Below are positions 1 to 9,482 of a stretch of 64,000 nt of DNA, piece after piece. Position numbers and translations under genes: made by a program. The notes beneath the pieces were generated by a model. That model was not told the origin of the DNA, made no database searches, and saw nothing but the letters and a program-made list of their open reading frames with translations. Source of the stretch: Patescibacteria group bacterium (GTDB lineage Bacteria > Patescibacteriota > Patescibacteriia > Magasanikbacterales > GWA2-37-8); assembly GCA_041649475.1 (NCBI GenBank), contig JBAZNA010000001.1, positions 264,612-328,611 on the forward strand, written 5' to 3'. Numbering within the stretch: position 1 is the stretch's first letter; each line of letters starts with the position of its first letter.

Positions 1-1280
1 CGAAAGACAATGGCCGCTTAATCGCCAGCTTGAAATCTTTGCGCGACATGGGAAATACCGTGATTGTGGTTGAGCATGACAGCGCCATGATGCTCGCCGC
101 CGATTATGTGGTTGATGTTGGTCCGGGCGCGGGCATTGAAGGCGGAAAAATAATGGCCAAAGGCACGGTCGCGGAAATTAAAAAATCAAAAAATTCTTTG
201 ACCGGGGCGTATTTGTCCGGCCGGGAGAAAATTGAATGCACCAAAGAAAAAGCCGCGCGCGGTGCGGGCGCCAAAGCGGATAAGAAAAATTTGAAGGCAA
301 TAAAAATCACCGGCGCCAAGGCCTATAATTTAAAAAATATTGATGTTGATCTGCCGTTAGGAAAATTGGTTTGCGTGACCGGTGTTTCCGGCTCGGGCAA
401 ATCAACTTTGGTAATAGATATTTTAGGCAAGGCCCTGGCTAAGAAATTTTATCGCGCCAAAGACGAACCGGGCGCGCACAAAAGCATCTCCGGCACGGAA
501 AATATTGATAAAGTTATTACCATTGACCAGTCGCCAATTGGGCGCACGCCACGATCTAACCCGGCTACCTATACCGGCGTGTTTACTTTAATTCGCGACT
601 TGTTCGCCGATTTGCCGGAAGCGCGCATGCACAGTTATGACGCGGGCAAGTTCAGCTTTAATGTCAAAGGCGGAGGCAGGTGCGAGGCCTGTGCCGGCGA
701 GGGCTATGTGCGCATCCCGATGCAATTTTTGGCCGATGTTTATGTGCAGTGCAGTGAATGCGGCGGTGCGAGATATAATCGCGAGGCGCTGGAAATTCAT
801 TACCGCAATAAAAATATTTCCGATGTTTTGAACATGACCATTGATGAGGCCTATAACTTTTTTAATGACATTCCCAATATTGCCGACAAGTTGAATGTCT
901 TGCGCAAAGTTGGTTTGGGGTATATTCAGTTGGGTCAGCCGGCAACCACACTGTCCGGCGGTGAGGCCCAGCGCGTTAAATTAGCCACTGAACTTTCTCG
1001 TGCTTCCACCGGCAGTACTTTATATATTTTAGACGAGCCGACTACCGGTCTGCATTTTGAAGATATAAAACATTTGCTTCAGGTCTTGAATCAGTTGGTC
1101 GCCAAGGGGAACACTGTTCTTATTATTGAACACAACTTGGATGTCATTAGATGCTCTGATTGGATTATTGATATGGGGCCGGGCGGAGGCCGACACGGGG
1201 GAGTGGTTGTAGCCAAAGGCACGCCGGCGGATGTGATGAAAATTAAGACCAGTTGGACAGGGAAATACCTAAAGGAATAG
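1..1280 (+). CDS. uvrA: Excinuclease ABC subunit A, C-terminal part (5'-truncated by window)
   Basis: Walker A GVSGSGKS, Zn finger [16 protein letters not shown] signature, LDEPTTGLH; frame open from window start. Confidence 0.97.
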   Translation, partial: KDNGRLIASLKSLRDMGNTVIVVEHDSAMMLAADYVVDVGPGAGIEGGKIMAKGTVAEIKKSKNSLTGAYLSGREKIECTKEKAARGAGAKADKKNLKAIKITGAKAYNLKNIDVDLPLGKLVCVTGVSGSGKSTLVIDILGKALAKKFYRAKDEPGAHKSISGTENIDKVITIDQSPIGRTPRSNPATYTGVFTLIRDLFADLPEARMHSYDAGKFSFNVKGGGRCEACAGEGYVRIPMQFLADVYVQCSECGGARYNREALEIHYRNKNISDVLNMTIDEAYNFFNDIPNIADKLNVLRKVGLGYIQLGQPATTLSGGEAQRVKLATELSRASTGSTLYILDEPTTGLHFEDIKHLLQVLNQLVAKGNTVLIIEHNLDVIRCSDWIIDMGPGGGRHGGVVVAKGTPADVMKIKTSWTGKYLKE

Positions 1281-1294
1281 AATTAAAAAACAAA

Positions 1295-1396
1295 AAAGAG
1301 GGAGTAGTAATTGTCTTTAAGCGGGTTTGACCGCCACAGCGGTCACCCTGAGCCTCGCGGCGAGGAAAGCGAAAAGATAATTACTACTCCCTCTTT
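1295..1396. terminator. 24-bp inverted repeat enclosing two GC hairpins, between convergent uvrA and rplS; likely terminator
   Basis: AAAGAGGGAGTAGTAATTGTCTTT (1295-1318) pairs with 1373-1396 with one G-U; T-tract follows on the minus strand. Confidence 0.6.
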
Positions 1397-1408
1397 GATT
1401 ATATATTT

Positions 1409-1741
1409 TTATTTTTTTTCCTTCAAACGTCTCTTAAACATCGGGTCTCTTAAGTAGTTTAATTTCGCTCTGCGGACGTCGTATTGTTTCACGACTTCAA
1501 TCTTGTCAACGACCGGTGAGTGGATTGGGAAGATTTTTTCTACACCCACGCCATTGCTGATTTTTCTGACGGTGATGGTGCCGCCGGCTTCCTGGCCGTG
1601 TTTGGCCGCAATAATCGTACCCTCAAAAACCTGGATACGTTCTTTTTCTTCGCCCTTGGCATTTAATTCTTTGATTTTTTGATGAACCTTTACGACCATG
1701 CCTGGTTTGTAAATGGTTTCGGTCTGTGTGGTTTCGGTCAT
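1409..1741 (-). CDS. rplS: 50S ribosomal protein L19
   Basis: [36 protein letters not shown] motifs. Confidence 0.97.
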   Translation of the reverse strand: MTETTQTETIYKPGMVVKVHQKIKELNAKGEEKERIQVFEGTIIAAKHGQEAGGTITVRKISNGVGVEKIFPIHSPVVDKIEVVKQYDVRRAKLNYLRDPMFKRRLKEKK

Positions 1742-1777
1742 ATTTAGAAAAACAAGTATTTAATTGGTTGCTTTATC

Positions 1778-2350
1778 CTATACTAATTCAGCTTTTTTGT
1801 CAACAATGAACTTGGCTACCTTATCAACGGTTTCGGAGAGTTCACCTTCTTTATTTACTACTCTAAAATCGTAATTTTTTGATTGTTCCACCTCGTTTTT
1901 GGCCTGTTCAAGCCGTTTGGCAATAATTTTTGGATCGTTTATGCCGCCGCGCCTCTCAATTCTCTCTTTTAAAACTTCCATGCTTTCCGGCATTAAAAAT
2001 ACCGACAAACTGGGGAAGCCGGCCTTATCAATGTTTTCTTTGCCGTGCACCTCAACATTGGTAAAGACAAAATCATATTTTTTTAGAGGTTCTTCAAGAT
2101 TTTTTCGTTCAACCCCGTAATAATTGTCGGAGTAGATGTTGTGTTCAATAAATTTATTTTCATTTAGTCGTTTTTTAAATTCATCCGGGCTGACAAAAAA
2201 ATACTCAATACCGTTTTGTTCGTGCGGCCGGGGCGGACGGGTAGTGGTGGTGGTCAGGCGCACTGAATTGGGAAATTTTTTTATCAGCTCTCTGATAACC
2301 GCATCTTTGCCGCCGCCGGAAGGGGAGGAGATGATTATAAGTTGGCCCAT
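1778..2350 (-). CDS. gmk: Guanylate kinase
   Basis: SPSGGGK P-loop, TTRPPRPHEQNGIEYFFVS. Confidence 0.95.
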   Translation of the reverse strand: MGQLIIISSPSGGGKDAVIRELIKKFPNSVRLTTTTTRPPRPHEQNGIEYFFVSPDEFKKRLNENKFIEHNIYSDNYYGVERKNLEEPLKKYDFVFTNVEVHGKENIDKAGFPSLSVFLMPESMEVLKERIERRGGINDPKIIAKRLEQAKNEVEQSKNYDFRVVNKEGELSETVDKVAKFIVDKKAELV

Positions 2351-2359
2351 AAAGTTAAA

Positions 2360-3316
2360 TTATTTTAAAAGTTTTAAAAATTCGCTTAGTTTTTTTGGCA
2401 GGGGTGATTCAAATGATTGTTTTTCATTTTTCAAATCAGTGAATTCCAATTTTACAGAATGTAAAAATAATCGGCCCAGTTTTTCGTCCCAGGTTCGTTT
2501 TTGTTTTTTGTTTAAATACAGCTGGTCGCCGACCACCGGATTGCCATAGGCGAAGAAATGGGCGCGGATTTGGTGCATACGGCCGGTGTGGATTTTTACG
2601 CGCAATAGTGTAAAATTTACAAATCTTTTTTCTATCCAGAATTCAGTTTTAGCTTCTTTAGTATCAGATTCATCAAACGGAACTGCAGCCATACGATCTT
2701 CGGTTCGGGATCTTCTTAAAGGAAAATTTATTTCGCCCCAATCTTTTGCTACTTTGCCATGTACCAACACTGTGTATTCTTTATTTATGGTTCTATCTTT
2801 AAATTGTTTTTTTAGATGTTCAAACATCGGTTGCGTACGGGCAACCACTAATAGGCCGGATGCCTCTTTATCCAATCTATGCGCAATACCCGGACGAATT
2901 GGATCATCGCCAACTTTTTTTACTTCCGGATATTTTTTGATTAGAAATTCAGTGAGCGCGTTTTTTTCTTCAGCCATGGTGGGGTGGGTAAGCATACCGG
3001 TGGGCTTATCAACTACGATGTATTCCGGAGTTGCGGCGATGATTTTTACGGGTTCGAGTTTTTTTGTTGTTTTGCCTGCTTTATTTTGTGATTTTAAATT
3101 TTTTGTAGTTTCGGATTTAGCGATTTCAATTTTATTGCCTTCAATCAATCTGTCTCCCGCTTTTTTGGGCAGTTTTCCGTTTACCGTCACAAAATTTTGT
3201 TCAATTAATTTTTGCACTTGTGACCGGCTCATTTCCAGTTTGGCGGATAAAAAAATGTCGAGGCGGGTGCCTGAAAATTTAGAATCAACTATCACATTAT
3301 TTTTAGGTGAAACCAT
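2360..3316 (-). CDS. RluA/RluD-family pseudouridine synthase with S4 domain
   Basis: N-terminal RLD..SRS S4 domain, HRLDKEASG catalytic motif, TGRMHQIRAH. Confidence 0.93.
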   Translation of the reverse strand: MVSPKNNVIVDSKFSGTRLDIFLSAKLEMSRSQVQKLIEQNFVTVNGKLPKKAGDRLIEGNKIEIAKSETTKNLKSQNKAGKTTKKLEPVKIIAATPEYIVVDKPTGMLTHPTMAEEKNALTEFLIKKYPEVKKVGDDPIRPGIAHRLDKEASGLLVVARTQPMFEHLKKQFKDRTINKEYTVLVHGKVAKDWGEINFPLRRSRTEDRMAAVPFDESDTKEAKTEFWIEKRFVNFTLLRVKIHTGRMHQIRAHFFAYGNPVVGDQLYLNKKQKRTWDEKLGRLFLHSVKLEFTDLKNEKQSFESPLPKKLSEFLKLLK

Positions 3317-3320
3317 AATG

Positions 3321-3394
3321 TGCGCTCGGATGGACTCGGACCATCGACCCCTGCCTTATAAGGGCAGTGCTCTAACCAACTGAGCTACGAGCGC
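3321..3394 (-). tRNA. tRNA-Ile(UAU)
   Basis: Cloverleaf GCGCTCG..CGAGCGC-A; anticodon arm CTGCC-CT-TAT-AA-GGCAG; T arm GATGG-TCCGAGT-CCATC; CCA not encoded. Confidence 0.93.
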
Positions 3395-3512
3395 GTTTGA
3401 GGTGTTTAAAAACTGCGACTAGTATACCATTTTCCTTTATTTTTTCAAGAGCTGACTGCGTCTTTAAGGGTTGCCAAACCAACGCCGAATTGCTAGAATA
3501 CCCGCACCAAAT

Positions 3513-4043
3513 ATGTCTGACTTTAATACAAAACTGTTTTTCAAGATAAATAATCTGGTCGGCAAGAATAGATATTTTGATGCCTTTAGCAAGGCCGGAG
3601 CCGAATGGGTGATAGTGACTATGATCGGCTGGTATGTTGCCGCCGACTTTTTATATAATTTGCCCAGCAAACGGCTGACTTTTTGGCCGATTGCGTTTTT
3701 AGGATTGGCCTGGTCAATCGGCTGGCTGATTAATCTGTTTATTGGCATGCTAGTGCGCGAACCGCGGCCGCACGTTATTTATCCGCAGGCCAAATTATTG
3801 TTTCAGCCGCTGATGAGTTGGAAGTCGTTTCCTTCCGACCACACCATGTCCGCTTTTCTCATTTTTTTCATGGCCTTGATTTTTCATCTGCCCGGAGCCT
3901 GGGCGCTACTGGTTATGGCCTTGTGGGTGGCTTGGGGCCGGATTTATGCCGGCGTGCATTATCCGTTTGATATTGTCGGCGGTTTTGGCGTCGCGCTTTT
4001 TATGTCTGCTGTCTCATACTATATATTATTGGCAATCTTTTAG
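3513..4043 (+). CDS. PAP2-family membrane phosphatase (BcrC-like undecaprenyl-PP phosphatase)
   Basis: RP, SFPSDH, R..GVHYP.D motifs; start moved to ATG 3513 behind promoter TTGCCA-17-TAGAAT. Confidence 0.88.
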   Translation: MSDFNTKLFFKINNLVGKNRYFDAFSKAGAEWVIVTMIGWYVAADFLYNLPSKRLTFWPIAFLGLAWSIGWLINLFIGMLVREPRPHVIYPQAKLLFQPLMSWKSFPSDHTMSAFLIFFMALIFHLPGAWALLVMALWVAWGRIYAGVHYPFDIVGGFGVALFMSAVSYYILLAIF

Positions 4044-4045
4044 AT

Positions 4046-4585
4046 ATGTTGGATAATTGGAAAATTTTAAAAAAAGAAACCGCGTTTAAAAATAAATGGC
4101 GGCAGGTTGATAGGTGGGATATTCAGTTCCCCGACGGATCACAAAAAGATTTTTATTTTACCGTCAGTCCTGATTTTGTATTTGTTATCGCGCTCGCGGC
4201 GGATAAAAATATTGTTTTGATTAATCAATATTTTATCCAGTCCGATGAAAATGTTTTGACCCTGCCTGCCGGATATCTTGATGACGGTGAAACTCCACTC
4301 GCGACAGCCAAACGGGAGCTCTTGGAAGAAACCGGCTACGAAGCGAAAGAATGGATGGAACTGGGGACGCAACATGCGGGTAAATGGACCACCAACAAGG
4401 TTCATTTTGTCCTGGCGTTAGGCGCTTATAAAAAAGGTGAGCAGGATTTGGAGGTTAGTGAGTATATAGAAGTGATTGAAAGGAGCGTGACGGATGTTAA
4501 AGAAATGTTAAGAGCAGGAAAATTTGGTGAAGTTTACGCCGTTGCCGGCTTGTATCTCGCTTTAGATTATCTAAATAAATTATAA
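4046..4585 (+). CDS. NUDIX hydrolase (ADP-ribose pyrophosphatase-like)
   Basis: Canonical Nudix box AGYLDDGETPLATAKRELLEETGY. Confidence 0.9.
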   Translation: MLDNWKILKKETAFKNKWRQVDRWDIQFPDGSQKDFYFTVSPDFVFVIALAADKNIVLINQYFIQSDENVLTLPAGYLDDGETPLATAKRELLEETGYEAKEWMELGTQHAGKWTTNKVHFVLALGAYKKGEQDLEVSEYIEVIERSVTDVKEMLRAGKFGEVYAVAGLYLALDYLNKL

Positions 4586-4666
4586 AAACATTATATCTTA
4601 TGATATAAACTCATTCATTCGGAAATGAAATTATAAATAATTTCATTTCTCTCATTCATTTCGTTT

Positions 4667-5359
4667 ATGAACGCAATCATTCTTTGCGGCGGTTTGTCCA
4701 CGCGCTTAAAAGACATCACCAAAAGCATTCCGAAAATCTTGCTTGATATAAAAGGCCGGACGGTTTTGGATTGGCAACTGGAGAAATTAAAAAAAGTCGG
4801 GATTAACGAGGTGGTTTTGGCGGCCGGACACCTGTCGGATGTTTTGCAAACCATGGTGGGCGAAGAGCGGCTGGGTGTGAAATTGATCTACGCCATTGAA
4901 CCGGAACGGCTCGGCACCGGCGGCGCCATAAAATATGCCTGGAGTTATACACCGCACCAAGCTGACCCGGTTATTATTTTAAACGGCGACATTCTCACGC
5001 ACATTGATTTGGGCGACATGATCGGCAAATTAAAACCGGAAAGCGAAGGTTTGGTTTTGGGATCAAAAGTTGACGATGCTTTTACCTATGGCACTTTGGA
5101 GTTTGATGCCAAAGATAATCACCTGAAGCAGTTTAAGGAAAAAGCCGGTTTGCATGAACCGGGCTACATCAACGGCGGTTTTTATATTTTCAATAAATCC
5201 GCCAAACAGTATTTTCCCAATCAAAACGCCTTTAGCATTGAATATGACGTTTTTCCGTTTATGAAAGATCTGTTCGTATATCCGTCGGATGAACCGTGGA
5301 TTGACATCGGCGTGCCGGAGCGTCTGGAGTGGGCCAAAAATAATTGGACTCAAAGTTAA
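4667..5359 (+). CDS. NDP-sugar nucleotidyltransferase
   Basis: LCGGLSTRL, PK, LGTGGA, LNGD, WIDIG motifs. Confidence 0.9.
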   Translation: MNAIILCGGLSTRLKDITKSIPKILLDIKGRTVLDWQLEKLKKVGINEVVLAAGHLSDVLQTMVGEERLGVKLIYAIEPERLGTGGAIKYAWSYTPHQADPVIILNGDILTHIDLGDMIGKLKPESEGLVLGSKVDDAFTYGTLEFDAKDNHLKQFKEKAGLHEPGYINGGFYIFNKSAKQYFPNQNAFSIEYDVFPFMKDLFVYPSDEPWIDIGVPERLEWAKNNWTQS

Positions 5360-5361
5360 AT

Positions 5362-6258
5362 ATGTCTTTTAATAAAAAAGTCACGGTGATTTCGGTCTTG
5401 ATAATTTTGGGCATGGCCGCCTACGGCGCCCTGCGTGTTTATAATAAATTGCATCCGAAATTTACTCCAATTCCAGCAAAGCCCGAGTTGACTATTACCA
5501 TTATTCCGGGTTGGAATTTAGGCCAGGTTGAGGATTATTTTATCAAGCAGGGCTTGGCCAAGGGTCCGTTTTTGGACAAAATAATGGTGCCGCCGGCAAT
5601 TGAAATTTCACTAAAGCGTTCTTTGCCTGCGGATATCTTGACTGATCCGGATAATCCGCCTTTAAAAGTTTTAAAAGACAAGCCATGGTTTGTCAGTTAT
5701 GAAGGGTATTTGGCGCCGGATACTTACCGGGTTTTTGCGGACGCGTCTATTACCAGCACCCTGATGAAATTAATTAAAGAACGCGATTCGCAATTTACGG
5801 AAAAAATGTATCAGGACACGGATGATTTTTGGCGCCGTGTTTATAATAACAAAATCGAGACGCCTTTGAACGTTCACCAGCTTTTGACCATGGCCAGCAT
5901 AATTGAAAAAGAAGTCAGGGATGGTGCAGACAGGGTGAAAGTGGCGGATATTTTATGGCGCCGATATTTAAAGGGCTGGGCATTGCAGGTTGATTCCAGT
6001 GTGCATTACGCGGTTGATAAGAGTGGCACTGTTTTTACCACTGACAAGGAACGAAGCATTGATTCGCCGTGGAATACCTATAAATATCCGGGCTTGCCGA
6101 CCGGACCGATTTGCAACCCGGGCTTGTCGTCAATTATGTCCGCGCTCTATCCGGAGCCGAATAATTTTTGGTATTTTATGACTGATAAAGACGGGCAGGT
6201 GCATTATGCGAAGACGCTTGATGAACAGAATTATAATGTAAATAAGTATTTGCGCTAG
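5362..6258 (+). CDS. mltG: Endolytic transglycosylase MltG
   Basis: N-terminal TM, EGYLAPDTY, ASIIEKE, LQVDSSV, SPWNTY..GLPTGPICNPG. Confidence 0.93.
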   Translation: MSFNKKVTVISVLIILGMAAYGALRVYNKLHPKFTPIPAKPELTITIIPGWNLGQVEDYFIKQGLAKGPFLDKIMVPPAIEISLKRSLPADILTDPDNPPLKVLKDKPWFVSYEGYLAPDTYRVFADASITSTLMKLIKERDSQFTEKMYQDTDDFWRRVYNNKIETPLNVHQLLTMASIIEKEVRDGADRVKVADILWRRYLKGWALQVDSSVHYAVDKSGTVFTTDKERSIDSPWNTYKYPGLPTGPICNPGLSSIMSALYPEPNNFWYFMTDKDGQVHYAKTLDEQNYNVNKYLR

Positions 6259-6259
6259 T

Positions 6260-7372
6260 ATGCTCACTTCCACATTTGACTACCAATTACCAAAAGAAGC
6301 GATTGCCCAAGTGCCGGCTGAACCGAGGGATTCTTCCAAGCTGATGGTGGTTGATAGAAAAGATAAAACAACCCAGGATCGGAATTTTTCTGATATTGGC
6401 GAATATCTGGGAACAGGCGATTTGCTGGTTTGGAATAACACCAAGGTCTTTAAAGCGCGTCTGCGCGGACAGATTACGTTGGACGAAGCGGCCGACGGCA
6501 TTGATAAAAAAATCAAATCAACCGATAAAATTTGGAACTCGGCGCCGGTGGAGATTTTTTTAATCAGGCCCACGGAAAACAACAAGGTCTGGAAAGTGCT
6601 GGCCAAGCCGGGGAAAAAATTGCGATTGGGAATGAAGGTTGTTTTCACCGAAGATTTTTTTTGTGAGGTTTTACTGGGGGAAGATGATGGAACTTTTTTA
6701 GTGCAGTTTGATGATGACGACATGGCAGTGCGGGCCAAGGCGAACAAATACGGCGAGGTGCCGACGCCGCCGTATATCAGCGTTGGCATGGGTGATAATC
6801 TGGAAGACAAGTATCAGACCGTTTACGCTTCGCGCGAGGGTTCGGTGGCCGCGCCTACGGCCGGGTTTCATTTTACGCCGGAGTTGATTGAAAAATTGGA
6901 AAAGAAAGGCGTGCAATTTGCCGAGGTGACTTTGCATGTCGGTCTAGGGACATTTTTACCGGTTAAAACCGAAAAAGTTGAAGATCATAAAATGCACAGC
7001 GAGTGGGTGGAGGTGACGGCAAAGAACGTTGATTTGATAAATCAAGCCAAAGCGGAGGGCAGACGAGTGGTGGCGGTTGGAACTACGACCGTGCGGACGC
7101 TGGAAGGAATTGTGATGCTACAAAAAAATATGAGCGGCACGCCGCCGCAGTTAAAACCTTATTCGGGCGATATAAATATTTTTATCACCCCGGGGTTTGA
7201 ATTTAAAGTCGTTGATGTTTTGATTACGAATTTCCATTTGCCGAAGTCAACGTTGCTGATGCTGGTGTCGGCTTTTGTTGGTGATACACAGTTTATATTA
7301 AATTGTTATCAAAAAGCCATAAATTTTGGCTATAGATTTTATAGTTTTGGCGACGCAATGCTGATAAAATAA
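6260..7372 (+). CDS. queA: tRNA preQ1(34) S-adenosylmethionine ribosyltransferase-isomerase
   Basis: FDYQLP..IAQ.P, YQTVYA..GSVAAPTAGFHF, TLHVGLGTF, YRFYSFGDAM. Confidence 0.97.
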   Translation: MLTSTFDYQLPKEAIAQVPAEPRDSSKLMVVDRKDKTTQDRNFSDIGEYLGTGDLLVWNNTKVFKARLRGQITLDEAADGIDKKIKSTDKIWNSAPVEIFLIRPTENNKVWKVLAKPGKKLRLGMKVVFTEDFFCEVLLGEDDGTFLVQFDDDDMAVRAKANKYGEVPTPPYISVGMGDNLEDKYQTVYASREGSVAAPTAGFHFTPELIEKLEKKGVQFAEVTLHVGLGTFLPVKTEKVEDHKMHSEWVEVTAKNVDLINQAKAEGRRVVAVGTTTVRTLEGIVMLQKNMSGTPPQLKPYSGDINIFITPGFEFKVVDVLITNFHLPKSTLLMLVSAFVGDTQFILNCYQKAINFGYRFYSFGDAMLIK

Positions 7373-7408
7373 ACCAGCGATTTATTTTTAGATTATTAGT
7401 GAGCAAAC

Positions 7409-7518
7409 AAAAAACCACCTGCTCGTTACTTTCCAACCCTATTGAAAAGTATCGAGCATTACAGGTGGTTTTTTTATTACCTCGCCGCCACACCCCAAAA
7501 TTCGGGTGTGGCGGGAGG
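7409..7518. terminator. Two tandem hairpins between convergent queA and the GC-rich Nudix gene
   Basis: AAAAAACCACCT (7409-7420)/AGGTGGTTTTTT (7463-7474) bulged stem; second stem CCTCGCCGCCACACCC/GGGTGTGGCGGGAGG at 7480-7518. Confidence 0.75.
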
Positions 7519-7526
7519 ATGGACCG

Positions 7527-8060
7527 CTACGGGAACATCGCGTCGTACATCGCGATGACCGTCTCATGGACGCTCTCGGCCACGAGACGCTCGCGATCGT
7601 AGGCCGCGACTCCCAGCTGGACGTCGTATTCGCCCGGATCGAGCTTGATGCTGGCGAGCTCCTCCGGCGTCAACTCGAAGGCGAACTGGAGTGCTGGTTG
7701 GGTGGCCAGTGAGCCCGGCTCGTTGATGTAGTGAAAAACTGCGGCCACCATCTCGAGCCGGTCGGGCGAGACCGCGAGACCAAGCTCCTCGTTCAGCTTG
7801 CGGATGGCCGCGTTCTTGGGGAGCTCATCCTTCCCCGCCCGCCCGCCGAACCACCACGCTCCGCGCCGGGGCTGGCACCGTCGCGTGGCCAGGTAGAAAA
7901 GCTTGGCCGCCTTGTTCACGCCGACGATGTCGACAACGTAGATCGGCATGAGCAACTTGATTGGCTCAAAAAGCTGGTCCGGAATCCGTTCGTACTGGCC
8001 GACACCGGCCCCTTCGTCGATCACTGTTATGACCGGCAGAAACCTAACCTCGACTGTCAT
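7527..8060 (-). CDS. GC-rich NUDIX-fold hydrolase (GDP-mannose mannosyl hydrolase-like)
   Basis: P..VVDIV...YLATR..QP..GAWWFGGR.GKDE....AIRKLNEELGL resembles the NudD/GDPMH variant box; SD AAAGGAGG; own promoter. Confidence 0.8.
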   Translation of the reverse strand: MTVEVRFLPVITVIDEGAGVGQYERIPDQLFEPIKLLMPIYVVDIVGVNKAAKLFYLATRRCQPRRGAWWFGGRAGKDELPKNAAIRKLNEELGLAVSPDRLEMVAAVFHYINEPGSLATQPALQFAFELTPEELASIKLDPGEYDVQLGVAAYDRERLVAESVHETVIAMYDAMFP

Positions 8061-8114
8061 GGCCCCCTCCTTTCTTGGGAGTTGAGGGTTTGGTCCGTTT
8101 TTGGCGAACTGACA

Positions 8115-8143
8115 ATGGTAACATTGCTAAAAGGTTTTGTCAA
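8115..8143 (-). promoter_or_regulatory. sigma70 promoter of Nudix cassette
   Basis: TTGACA-17bp-TACCAT on minus strand. Confidence 0.75.
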
Positions 8144-8162
8144 GATCTATACACTCATAAAT

Positions 8163-8192
8163 AAAAAATCCGAGCTTGCGCCCGGATTTTTT
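8163..8192 (-). terminator. Intrinsic terminator after rplK
   Basis: AAAAAATCCG...CGGATTTTTT hairpin. Confidence 0.7.
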
Positions 8193-8204
8193 AAATATAT
8201 TTTT

Positions 8205-8630
8205 TTAACCTTCCACCGTCACACCCATATTTCTGGCCGTGCCTTCCACCATCTTCATTGCCGCTTCAACCGTGTGGCAGTTTAAGTCAGGCATTTTCTT
8301 TTCGGCAATCTGACGAACCTGGGCCTTGGTGATTTTGCCAACCTTATCTTGTAACGGCTTGGCCGAACCTTTGGCGATTCCAGCTGCTTTCTTAATCAAT
8401 TCCGGCACCGGCGGGGTTTTCATTATGAAAGTGAAACTTCTGTCTTCATAGATTGAAATAACCACCGGTACTATTTCGCCTTTTTTGTCCTGGGTTTTCT
8501 CGTTAAATTCCTTGCAAAAGCCCTGGATGTTTACGCCGTGCTGGCCCAAAGCCGGACCGATTGGAGGCGCCGGGTTGGCAGCTCCGCCCGGGATCTGCAA
8601 TTTGATCTGTGTGAGTAGTTTTTTAGCCAT
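8205..8630 (-). CDS. rplK: 50S ribosomal protein L11
   Basis: [31 protein letters not shown]. Confidence 0.98.
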   Translation of the reverse strand: MAKKLLTQIKLQIPGGAANPAPPIGPALGQHGVNIQGFCKEFNEKTQDKKGEIVPVVISIYEDRSFTFIMKTPPVPELIKKAAGIAKGSAKPLQDKVGKITKAQVRQIAEKKMPDLNCHTVEAAMKMVEGTARNMGVTVEG

Positions 8631-8642
8631 ATATATTATTTA

Positions 8643-9188
8643 TTATATTTTTTTAACTTGCATCGCGTCCAACTCAACCGGGGTTTCGCGTCCGAACATG
8701 GTGATTAACACCTTGATCTTGCCGCGTTCTTCGTCAACATTATTAATTTTTCCTTCAAAATTCTTAAATGGTCCGTCGGTAATGCGCACTGGGTCATTAA
8801 TTTCCAGATCAATTTTGTGTTGGGGTTCGGCCGCACTCATGCGTTTGAGCAAGTTGTCAACTTCGGATTGATCAACCGGAGTAGGGGTGGTGCCGGAACC
8901 GACGAAGCCGGTGACATTGGGGGTATTTCGCACCACATACCAGGAGTCATCGGTTACGACCATCTCCACCAGAATATACCCGGGGAAGATTTTTTCGTCA
9001 ACCGTAGTCCGCTTACCATTTTTTATTTTTATCTTTTTTTCTTTTGGAACCAAAACATTAAAAATTTTATCCTGCATGGCAAATGACTCAATACGCTGTT
9101 CCAAATTGTGTTTTACATTTTCTTCATAGCCGCTGTAGGTGTGAAGCACATACCAGCGCTTGCCGAGGTTTAACGTCTGTTTAGCCAT
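8643..9188 (-). CDS. nusG: Transcription termination/antitermination factor NusG
   Basis: WYVLHTYSGYE, FPGYILVEM, KOW GPF..FEG, MFGRETPVEL. Confidence 0.98.
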   Translation of the reverse strand: MAKQTLNLGKRWYVLHTYSGYEENVKHNLEQRIESFAMQDKIFNVLVPKEKKIKIKNGKRTTVDEKIFPGYILVEMVVTDDSWYVVRNTPNVTGFVGSGTTPTPVDQSEVDNLLKRMSAAEPQHKIDLEINDPVRITDGPFKNFEGKINNVDEERGKIKVLITMFGRETPVELDAMQVKKI

Positions 9189-9200
9189 ACATTCTCCTTA

Positions 9201-9389
9201 TTATTTGGTAATTAAAGTTGTTATACCTGAATTAAAAATATAATCCAGCAAACTGAAAAAAACAGCAAAGCCCAAGCTTAAACCGATAACCAAAACACTG
9301 TAGTTAATGGTCTGTTTTTTGGTCGGCCAGCTCACCTTTTTCATTTCATGAAATGAACCGACAAAGTAATTTTTTATTGCCTCTATCAT
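9201..9389 (-). CDS. secE: Preprotein translocase subunit SecE
   Basis: EMKKVSWPT plus single TM; upstream of nusG; promoter TTGACA-17-TATATT. Confidence 0.93.
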   Translation of the reverse strand: MIEAIKNYFVGSFHEMKKVSWPTKKQTINYSVLVIGLSLGFAVFFSLLDYIFNSGITTLITK

Positions 9390-9482
9390 ATTATGGGTGT
9401 TTAATTTTAGTATTTAAAAACGGCCCTGGGCCGTATTAATGCTCAAAATATACCACAACCCCTTAAAGTTGTCAAGTTTTGG

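Noticed and set aside
1319-1372. Hammerhead ribozyme or SRP RNA
   Set aside because: CTGAGCC does not fit the CUGANGA core; SRP consensus and promoter are absent
2586-3383. 265-aa plus-strand ORF
   Set aside because: Antisense to the RluA-family gene and tRNA
7409-7518. Integron attC sites at cassette ends
   Set aside because: No RYYYAAC/GTTRRRY boundaries, no integrase in the window, and cassettes carry their own promoters
7399-8285. Plus-strand ORFs of 67, 68 and 184 aa
   Set aside because: Antisense to the Nudix cassette and cross terminators
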